In this document: positions 7,374 through 14,163 of the stretch, piece after piece | Position numbering within the stretch: the stretch's first letter is position 1 | How the letters are laid out: the number at the start of each line of letters is the position of its first letter | Source: a virus | DNA length: 28,052 nucleotides | Strand: one strand, 5' to 3' | Virus record (IMG/VR): IMGVR_UViG_3300042453_005804 | Coordinates: 30,001-58,052 of that record | Position numbers and translations under genes: made by a program | Notes under the pieces: generated by a model | What the model was told of the DNA's origin: nothing | Databases searched by the model: none | What the model saw: the letters and a program-made list of their open reading frames with translations, nothing else

Positions 7374-7598
7374 TCAAACGCCGCCGCCGGCACCACCAAC
7401 ACCCGGTGCCCCACCTGTTGCACCACCACCAACTCCCGTGCCACCAGTTCCAGGTGCTCCACCCGTCGAAGTAACTGCACCACCTTGACCAGCACCACCG
7501 GCTCCACCGGCGCCGGTACCAGTCGAACCTGAATCATCGCCGCAAGCAGCGAGAGCGACGGCGGCGACGATAAACAATGCGATAGTATTCTTGATCAT
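7374..7598 (-). CDS. Gly-rich putative lipoprotein
   Basis: The signal peptide and lipobox are MIKNTIALFIVAAVALAAC. About 55 residues of G/A/T/S-rich low complexity follow. The segment is locally much more GC-rich than its surroundings. Confidence 0.55.
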   Translation of the reverse strand: MIKNTIALFIVAAVALAACGDDSGSTGTGAGGAGGAGQGGAVTSTGGAPGTGGTGVGGGATGGAPGVGGAGGGV

Positions 7599-7682
7599 TT
7601 TTCTTTAACCTTGTCAACCGAAAGTACGGTTGATACAAAGAATATATCACATTCAAGCATTGTTTACAATGTATTCAGACAA

Positions 7683-8081
7683 TCATTTTCCTCTCAAAAT
7701 TTGAGAAACTGGTTTTCTAGACCATAGGCGGCAGCTCCAGTAGGCTGCTTTTGTCCTATCTGAAGCCCTTTTTGTACCACATCCGTGACGGGCCCTAAAA
7801 GACTTACGAGCTTTCGGATTGTCACGTCGAATTTCCATGTTAGGATCCCCGAAGTTGACTTTCTTCACATTTCCCGTCCTCTTATCTTTGACGTAGACCT
7901 TGTATTTTTTTACGTCACCTTTCATGGGTTTGCCGAGTTGAACATCACGACCTCGATACTCAGCTTCTGTCAACATGTCGATTTGTTCAACGTTGAGCTC
8001 GTACTCATCGAATACCCCTGCTTCCATCAACATGAAAGCTTCACTTATGATCTCTCTTAAAATGCTTATGGTGACCTGCAT
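7683..8081 (-). CDS. Hypothetical protein, LRxIISE motif at the N-terminus and a basic C-terminal domain
   Basis: The N-terminus is MQVTISILREIISEAF. The C-terminal block is KKYKVYVKDKRTGNVKKVNFGDPNMEIRRDNPKARKSFRARHGC...YWSCRLW. From memory this block resembles a widespread viral hypothetical family, which I have not verified. Confidence 0.6.
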   Translation of the reverse strand: MQVTISILREIISEAFMLMEAGVFDEYELNVEQIDMLTEAEYRGRDVQLGKPMKGDVKKYKVYVKDKRTGNVKKVNFGDPNMEIRRDNPKARKSFRARHGCGTKRASDRTKAAYWSCRLWSRKPVSQILRGK

Positions 8082-8133
8082 GTAAATAAACTTTCTACAA
8101 ATTTACGATAAGTATATACGAGCTTCTTATAAT

Positions 8134-8439
8134 CTATTCTTTGGTTTCCTCTTTAGGGGCGGCTTCTGCTGCTGCGTCTGCAGGCGTAGCTCCCTTAGTT
8201 TTAAAACCTATATACTCTGCAGCGTCGGCGGGACGGCTTGGGTCCCCATCAGATCCTTGCGCTCTTCCTGGAGATCTGTACCAATATCCTTGGATGTCCA
8301 CGCCTCGTTCAATCTCATAGGGATAAAACCCAGATTTTTCAGTGGGGTCGGCCGTGACTCCAGGACCAGATGGGCCCTCTTGCAGATGCTTCCTGATGAT
8401 TTTACGTAACTCTTTGAGGCTAATTTTGATCGTTCTCAT
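8134..8439 (-). CDS. Hypothetical protein, LRxIIRK motif family (start moved to ATG at 8439)
   Basis: The internal ATG gives MRTIKISLKELRKIIRKHLQEG, the family's normal N-terminal position. GAGGAA lies upstream. Confidence 0.55.
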   Translation of the reverse strand: MRTIKISLKELRKIIRKHLQEGPSGPGVTADPTEKSGFYPYEIERGVDIQGYWYRSPGRAQGSDGDPSRPADAAEYIGFKTKGATPADAAAEAAPKEETKE

Positions 8440-8605
8440 CTTCGAGATCTTCCTCAATATAACCTTGAGAACCAAGCATCTCTAACTCTTCTACATCCAA
8501 AGGATCGTTCACGGATCCCATCCAACGTCCTGGCATCCACGTTTCCTCTTCGATTATTTCTCTAATGACTCTTCGGAGTTCAGACAATCTTAGCTTCATA
8601 CGCAA
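8420..8605 (-). CDS. Hypothetical acidic protein, LRxVIRE motif family
   Basis: The N-terminus is MRMKLRLSELRRVIREIIEEE and the C-terminus is acidic. Confidence 0.55.
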   Translation of the reverse strand: MRMKLRLSELRRVIREIIEEETWMPGRWMGSVNDPLDVEELEMLGSQGYIEEDLEDENDQN

Positions 8606-8660
8606 AGACTATATATGGATTCAGCATATCATATTTACAAATATTTGAATACATATTGTC

Positions 8661-9077
8661 ATGATGAATGACGAAAGCGTTGGCAGAGACTGGAATGAAG
8701 GAGAGGAAGATCACGAAGGGTACATGGCTGTCGCACAACTTCACAGAATAGTGGAGATGTCGAACATGATGTTGGATGTCATAGGTGAGAATGACGAAAT
8801 ACCAGGTTGGATACAATACAAGATCACGAGAGCGTACAATGATTTAAACGACGCTTTTGCTTATATCGAGTATGAATCTCACGAAGAATCTCCAGAAGTA
8901 CCAGGCGAAGTTCTTGAAGGTCGTAAGAAGAAGAAAGGATTATGGGCTAATATTCACGCGCGTCGAAAAGCTGGAAAGCGACCAAAGCGACCAGGCGAAA
9001 AAGGTTACCCAAAGACTCTTGACATCGGCGAATCGATCGTTAGAGAATTTATAAAAGAAATTATGAAAGAAAAGTGA
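8661..9077 (+). CDS. Hypothetical protein with the family motif at the C-terminus
   Basis: The N-half is acidic. A basic block KKKKGLWANIHARRKAGKRPKRPGEKGYPK follows, and the protein ends in ESIVREFIKEIMKEK. Confidence 0.6.
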   Translation: MMNDESVGRDWNEGEEDHEGYMAVAQLHRIVEMSNMMLDVIGENDEIPGWIQYKITRAYNDLNDAFAYIEYESHEESPEVPGEVLEGRKKKKGLWANIHARRKAGKRPKRPGEKGYPKTLDIGESIVREFIKEIMKEK

Positions 9078-9137
9078 TGTTGGTAGGCGTCTTGTTCCTT
9101 CTCATAGGAATCGGAATATTTGTGGCGACTCTGGGGC

Positions 9138-9422
9138 TTAAGACGTAGATTTGTTAGAAACAGTTTCTAATTGAGACACGTGAAATTCTCGAACTTCAAA
9201 GGGATTATTCAAGACTCTAACGACGGCGATGTCTTGGACTTCAGCATGAAATCCAGCGACGATGTAAAGAGACCCGTATAGAGGATCTTCAACCCATTCG
9301 TAAATCCAGCGAACTATATCACCAATGATAGGTTTATTCTGAGGAAGATGACACGGCATGCTGATTTTCCGTAAATCTTGAAGAATTTCGTCAGGCTCGC
9401 TGGTTTCAGCTGCGCTCATCAT
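9138..9422 (-). CDS. Hypothetical protein
   Basis: ORF in the same-strand train with no recognisable motif. Confidence 0.45.
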   Translation of the reverse strand: MMSAAETSEPDEILQDLRKISMPCHLPQNKPIIGDIVRWIYEWVEDPLYGSLYIVAGFHAEVQDIAVVRVLNNPFEVREFHVSQLETVSNKSTS

Positions 9423-9439
9423 TTTCTTATCAATAATTA

Positions 9440-9670
9440 TCAGCTTTCGTCATGATCGTCAGAATTTTGATCCAACGTTTTTTCGATGATTCGTTTAAAA
9501 GCAAGCCAAATAATCGCAACAAATCCTTCAGCGATTATTTGCGTAGCTACCCACCCGTAACAAATGATGGTCATACCTATCATCGCTGAATCTGGATTTG
9601 AGAACGATTTGAAACCAACGAATGCCAAAGCTGTCAAAAAAGCAAGTGATACAGCTGCCTTTAAAGTCAT
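9440..9670 (-). CDS. Small membrane protein (2-3 hydrophobic helices)
   Basis: Hydrophobic segments are AVSLAFLTALAFVGF, MIGMTIICYGWVATQII and GFVAIIWLAF, with an acidic tail. Confidence 0.55.
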   Translation of the reverse strand: MTLKAAVSLAFLTALAFVGFKSFSNPDSAMIGMTIICYGWVATQIIAEGFVAIIWLAFKRIIEKTLDQNSDDHDES

Positions 9671-10068
9671 TACATTCTTCCCTTGTGATTAGTTGCCGAA
9701 GATTGAGTGATCGTCTTAAATCTTACGCCTGGATCAGTGGACAGATGAGATCCTAATTGACAGCTCTTGCCCTTATGGTATCCTGCGTTGTTCCTGTAAA
9801 ATGATGAGTACTTTTCGCGATCAGCAGTAGAGTCAAAAGCAAGAACGGTGACAGAAGCCTGTTTGCCGTCGCCATTGGCCAATCCCAGGTATTTCACCGT
9901 AGATTCTACCGAACATTCCGGGCACGTGTTGACTCGGCCACCGGCACGAATCTTTGCAGGCGAATTTGTATCGAACATGCAACTACACTCCACGCATTCT
10001 CTTAGCATGGATCCATCATAACATGATGGATGATGACTTTTCACCGTGGTGGCTGACATTGTGGACAC
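9670..10068 (-). CDS. Hypothetical protein with a zinc-ribbon-like Cys pattern
   Basis: It has CVECSC...CPEC. The start overlaps the Nei 3' end by 28 nt. Confidence 0.45.
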   Translation of the reverse strand: MSTMSATTVKSHHPSCYDGSMLRECVECSCMFDTNSPAKIRAGGRVNTCPECSVESTVKYLGLANGDGKQASVTVLAFDSTADREKYSSFYRNNAGYHKGKSCQLGSHLSTDPGVRFKTITQSSATNHKGRM

Positions 10069-10868
10069 CAGTGGACCATCCTTCCTCCGTTGTCACGTTC
10101 GCTGCGGATCTCATGACCCTTGGGACATCGTGATCTAGCGTACACCTTGAAGAAAAATTGAGATGTTCCCGTTAATCCATTCACGTCCCTGTAGGTCTTG
10201 ATAGAGGCTCCTTGAGACAAATAGGACTGACGAGAAATCTTCGCGGATTCCTCACATAACCTTATGTACTCTTGAGAAGATATGTCAGTCACGTTACACC
10301 ATGGATCAACACCGCAGGCGAACAGAATCTCTGCACGTAGATAGTTGCCAATCCCAGCCACCGTAGATTGATCCATGAGGGCCTCGCAGATTGTCCTATT
10401 GGGTTTACCCAGCGTTCTTTTTGTGAATATTTCTGGTGTCAATTCGTCATCTCCAAGAACATCAGGACCGAGACTTTCCAATTTCTTTCTGTGCACTCCT
10501 TCATCTTTGACGAATTTTAGTGTACCGAACCTACGAACGTCGTGAAACCCGATGCTCTTTGAATCTTCACCATACGAGAGTATCACGGCGGTGTTTCTAT
10601 CTGGCGGTGTGGTTGTCCATTGACCTGACATACCATATGTGCACCACATTTTCCAGGGACCCATCGTCCACCACATGAACTTGCCTTTGACGTCGACGGA
10701 TTCGACAACGTAAGAATTCTTCTCGTTATCTCGCAGAAATTCGTGCAATCCCTCGATGGGTTTCTTGGTGTATCGTCCGCCGACGAGGTCGAACTTTTTG
10801 ATGCGTTTGTTGAGCAAAATCTCTCTTAAAAGATCTCTTGAATGACGAAGCTCGGGACCTTCAGGAAT
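10041..10868 (-). CDS. nei: Endonuclease VIII (Nei)/Fpg-family DNA glycosylase-AP lyase, apparent ATT start
   Basis: Extending the track ORF upstream in frame gives I-PEGPELRHSRDLLREIL, matching the E. coli Nei N-terminus MPEGPEIRR. The H2TH motif is GIGNYLRAEILFACGVDP. The C-terminal zinc finger is CPKGH...HWCPQC. No ATG, GTG or TTG precedes PEGPEL in frame. Confidence 0.85.
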   Translation of the reverse strand: MPEGPELRHSRDLLREILLNKRIKKFDLVGGRYTKKPIEGLHEFLRDNEKNSYVVESVDVKGKFMWWTMGPWKMWCTYGMSGQWTTTPPDRNTAVILSYGEDSKSIGFHDVRRFGTLKFVKDEGVHRKKLESLGPDVLGDDELTPEIFTKRTLGKPNRTICEALMDQSTVAGIGNYLRAEILFACGVDPWCNVTDISSQEYIRLCEESAKISRQSYLSQGASIKTYRDVNGLTGTSQFFFKVYARSRCPKGHEIRSERDNGGRMVHWCPQCQPPR

Positions 10869-10876
10869 TTGAGTAA

Positions 10877-10883
10877 CCCTCTT
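10877..10883 (-). promoter_or_regulatory. Shine-Dalgarno AAGAGGG, 8 nt upstream of the ATT codon of nei
   Basis: The minus-sense sequence reads AAGAGGG-TTACTCAA-ATT-CCT-GAA-GGT. Confidence 0.5.
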
Positions 10884-10945
10884 ATAAGCGTTTTTTGTGC
10901 TTACTTTCGAAAGATTAACATGGCAGCCTGTATATTTACACTTGG

Positions 10946-11617
10946 ATGTCAGAAACGCAGCTTAGAAGATTCATCAGACAAGTTTTAATGGAAGTTAGTT
11001 CTCCCACGGAAGAGCTAGCAGGATTCTATGAAGACGCCAGCGATTGGGGTATGAAGGCTATCACCTTATATTATCCATCTCAGGTTCAAAAGAATTTGGA
11101 CGATGTCTCACAAGGGGTCGTCGGATACATTGCCGCACAAAAGCCTAAACAACGTTGCGCAGGCGCATGGGAAATTAAAATGGCCGGGGGACGAGGGTAT
11201 GGTGGGATTTTATACCCAGCGATGTTTGCTGCTGTTGGAGGTCCACTCATACCTGACAGAAATTCGCTTACTGACGATGCCGTGAGAGGATGGAGCAAAC
11301 AGGGATCCCGCAAAAAAGCGGCTCTTGATAATTTTTACGCAGATGATGACAAGAAAGCCACTCCTAAAGATGATTCCGATGACTGTAGAGTTAGAAATTG
11401 GAATCTTGATAAAATTACAGGACGGTGGGTAGGAGATCCCGTGCTTGATAATGCATATTTCCCGAAGGGAAATGAGAATTCTATCTTTCAAAAACTTCTA
11501 TCCAATCATGATAGTTTTATTGAACGTCTTAGTGACAAAGACGTCGATGTCGATTCGTTGTTAGCACGAATATCTAGAGCTGGTGTGGAAAGATTCGAAA
11601 AAGAACGTTTGGGTTAA
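10946..11617 (+). CDS. Hypothetical protein, LRRFIRQ motif family (larger member)
   Basis: The N-terminus is MSETQLRRFIRQVLMEV, followed by a 223-aa body with no recognised domain. Confidence 0.6.
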   Translation: MSETQLRRFIRQVLMEVSSPTEELAGFYEDASDWGMKAITLYYPSQVQKNLDDVSQGVVGYIAAQKPKQRCAGAWEIKMAGGRGYGGILYPAMFAAVGGPLIPDRNSLTDDAVRGWSKQGSRKKAALDNFYADDDKKATPKDDSDDCRVRNWNLDKITGRWVGDPVLDNAYFPKGNENSIFQKLLSNHDSFIERLSDKDVDVDSLLARISRAGVERFEKERLG

Positions 11618-11637
11618 AAATAAACCTCAGAATGAAG

Positions 11638-11643
11638 TATAAT
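11638..11643 (+). promoter_or_regulatory. Candidate -10 box TATAAT, 7 nt before the yeaH ATG (possible leaderless transcript)
   Basis: TATAAT-AAAAACT-ATG, with no Shine-Dalgarno motif. TATAAT can arise by chance in AT-rich DNA. Confidence 0.25.
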
Positions 11644-11650
11644 AAAAACT

Positions 11651-12823
11651 ATGTCGATCTTTAAGGAACATAAGACAATCGCTGATCGATCCGCCTCCGA
11701 TCGACGTCGTCACAAACAGAAAATCGAGAAGGCAATTCGAGATGGTATTCATCATATTGTCGCTGATGAGAGCATCATAGGTCAAGATGGCAAGAAAAAG
11801 TTCAGAGTTCCTGTTAGAGGAATTAAGGAATACAAGTTTGTCTACGGCGACAACAACGGCAATAAGCAGGTTGGATCGGCTCCTGGTAAGGATGTCAAAC
11901 GAGGCCAAAAAATCGGTGAGGGACAACAGCAAGGTCAAGGAAAACCGCAGAAGGCCAGTGATCAAAAAGGAGAAGAATATTACGACGTTGAGATCACGTT
12001 GGAAGAACTCGCAGAGTATCTCTTCGCTGAACTACAGCTTCCTGAGTTGCAGAGACGTCAACTGTCGAACATATCAGCTGATAAATTAAAGAGAAATGGG
12101 TATCGTACTGACGGTATTCTTCCACGCTTGGACAAGAAGAAGTCTGCAATCGCTCGAATCAAGAGAATGAAGGCGGCTGGATTTGACCCTGAAAAAGCCG
12201 AAGAAGGAGAAACCTTCTCTTTCCACGAAGACGATCTGCGGTACAGACACTTCAAGGTCACACCGAAACCTTGCACCAACGCAGTCATATTCTTCTTGAT
12301 GGACGTCAGCGGGTCTATGACGCAAGACAAGAAGTTCCTGGCAAGATCTTTCTTCTTTTTACTCTACCAGTTCATCAGGTCCAAGTACGAAACGGTCGAG
12401 GTCGTTTTCATCACGCATGACACTGAGGCGAGGGTGGTCGAAGAGAAAGAATTCTTCACGGAAGCGACCAGCGGAGGAACGATTGCATCCAGCGCTTTGG
12501 AGCTGACGTTACAAGAGATAGATAAACGATTTCATCCATCATCGTGGAACATCTACACGTTTCAGGCGTCCGATGGCGATAACTTCTCATCTGATAATGA
12601 AAAGTTCATAAATCTCGCACGTGAGCTAAAAGACATCTGTCAGCTGTACGGTTACTGCGAGATTGAACCTGAAAGGTATTACAATCAAGACAAGCTCCAT
12701 ACAACGATGCAACCTCTCGTCGGACCAAAATTAAAGACCGTTAGAGTGGTAGAGAAGGCAGACGTATGGCCTGCTTTTAGAACATTGATGGGTGGTACAG
12801 GCGTGTCTTTGACCAAAGGATGA
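11651..12823 (+). CDS. yeaH: YeaH/YhbH family protein (DUF444, vWA-like)
   Basis: The N-terminus SASDRRRHKQKIEKAIRD and the MIDAS-like FFLMDVSGSM are typical of the PrkA-partner family UPF0229. Confidence 0.9.
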   Translation: MSIFKEHKTIADRSASDRRRHKQKIEKAIRDGIHHIVADESIIGQDGKKKFRVPVRGIKEYKFVYGDNNGNKQVGSAPGKDVKRGQKIGEGQQQGQGKPQKASDQKGEEYYDVEITLEELAEYLFAELQLPELQRRQLSNISADKLKRNGYRTDGILPRLDKKKSAIARIKRMKAAGFDPEKAEEGETFSFHEDDLRYRHFKVTPKPCTNAVIFFLMDVSGSMTQDKKFLARSFFFLLYQFIRSKYETVEVVFITHDTEARVVEEKEFFTEATSGGTIASSALELTLQEIDKRFHPSSWNIYTFQASDGDNFSSDNEKFINLARELKDICQLYGYCEIEPERYYNQDKLHTTMQPLVGPKLKTVRVVEKADVWPAFRTLMGGTGVSLTKG

Positions 12824-14130
12824 AAATGGATTACACATTAGATACATTGGCAGAATGGGATGATAAAATCTGCAAGTTGGCCAAGGGTCACAATCTCGAT
12901 TGGTTTGAGATTGCCTATGAAACCCTCGATTATTACTCAATGATCGGTGCCATGGCCTATCATGGTCTTCCTACACACTTCGATCATTGGTCTTACGGCA
13001 AAACGTTCGAACAAACCTTCCACCGTTATAACCTAGGTATGGAAGGTTTGCCGTATGAATTAATCATCAACAGTGATCCGTCGATCGCTTACCTCATGCG
13101 TGAGAATCCACTATACCTGCAGATCCTCATCATGGCGCATTGCGTTGGACATAGCGATTTCTTTAAGAACAACAGGATGTTCAAGGCCACACGTCCTGAG
13201 ACAGTCGTGCCTCGGTTCAGAGCAGCGAAGAAGAGAATCCAGTCTTACATTGAGAATCCCAACATTGGTGTGGAAAATGTGGAAGAGGTGATAGATGCCT
13301 GTCATGCAATACAGTTCCAGACGACGAAGTATGGGCAAATTCGCAGAACACATGCGGAGCTCAAGGCGGAATACGTTGAGCTGATGAACAACGACAAGAA
13401 AAATGAATATAAGTTCTTTGACATCAATAGAATTCCCTTAGAACCTGACTACGATTTATTAGGCTTCATATCAGAGCACGGTAAGATGCCTGACTGGAAG
13501 CGTGATATAATTGACGTCTGTCGTGATGAAGGTCAGTACTTCTGGCCACAAATTCAAACGAAGGTGATGAATGAAGGTTGGGCTTCCTACTGGCACTACA
13601 CCATGTGTCATGAATTAGATCTGCCTGATGGTATGCATTTACCTTTTATCAAAATGCACAACCAAGTGGTTCGACCTCATGTGGGCGCGATAAATCCTTA
13701 TCACTTAGGTTTCCATCTCTTCCAGAAGATCAAGGAGAGACATGGCATTGAAGAGTGTTTCATCGCAAGGGAGACATGCCATGATGCTTCTTTCCTCCGT
13801 CAATATCTCACGGAGGAGGACTGTGTGGATCTCAATCTCTTCACGTACTCATCAAAACGTCATGAAGGTGTCACTGTCGATGAGGTTTCAGATGATTTAG
13901 GCTGGGAAGAGGTTAAGAAAGATCTTGTCAACCAAGTGGCAGGTGGATCAATTCCAGCTGTCTTTGTGGACGACGTAAAGAGAGATGGCACATTGATCAT
14001 CAAACATGAGCATGATGGTCGAGATCTAGAATTAAGTCATGCCAATAAGGTCGTGGAACATGTCAAGACCCTATGGGGTAGCGATGTGAAGTTTTTCACG
14101 GTTATTGAAGATGAAACTTGGGAGATTTGA
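12820..14130 (+). CDS. spoVR: SpoVR/YcgB family protein
   Basis: WSYGKTFE...YELIINSDPSIAYLMRENPLYLQILIMAHCVGHSDFFKNN is the SpoVR signature region. The start overlaps the yeaH stop as ATGA. Confidence 0.9.
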   Translation: MKMDYTLDTLAEWDDKICKLAKGHNLDWFEIAYETLDYYSMIGAMAYHGLPTHFDHWSYGKTFEQTFHRYNLGMEGLPYELIINSDPSIAYLMRENPLYLQILIMAHCVGHSDFFKNNRMFKATRPETVVPRFRAAKKRIQSYIENPNIGVENVEEVIDACHAIQFQTTKYGQIRRTHAELKAEYVELMNNDKKNEYKFFDINRIPLEPDYDLLGFISEHGKMPDWKRDIIDVCRDEGQYFWPQIQTKVMNEGWASYWHYTMCHELDLPDGMHLPFIKMHNQVVRPHVGAINPYHLGFHLFQKIKERHGIEECFIARETCHDASFLRQYLTEEDCVDLNLFTYSSKRHEGVTVDEVSDDLGWEEVKKDLVNQVAGGSIPAVFVDDVKRDGTLIIKHEHDGRDLELSHANKVVEHVKTLWGSDVKFFTVIEDETWEI

Positions 14131-14163
14131 TACACTGGAGCAGGGAGAGGTATACATAACAAC

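Noticed and set aside
6943-7474. Plus-strand ORFs 6943..7134, 7008..7352 and 7175..7474
   Set aside because: They are antisense to the motif-family gene 6755..7297 and the lipoprotein gene. One would read straight through the terminator hairpin at 7319-7350.
7785-8060. Plus-strand ORF 7785..8060
   Set aside because: It is antisense to the 7683..8081 gene, which carries the family motif and a conserved basic domain.
8580-8816. Minus-strand 78-aa ORF
   Set aside because: It spans the divergent intergenic region and overlaps the better-supported plus-strand gene 8661..9077.
8857-9054. Plus-strand ORF 8857..9054
   Set aside because: It is an alternative frame inside the better-supported gene 8661..9077.
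11086-12940. Assorted overlapping ORFs (11086..11313, 11103..11285, 11210..11491, 11627..11965, 11787..12089, 12058..12330, 12086..12325, 12731..12940)
   Set aside because: All lie within or antisense to 10946..11617 or the confidently identified yeaH and spoVR genes.
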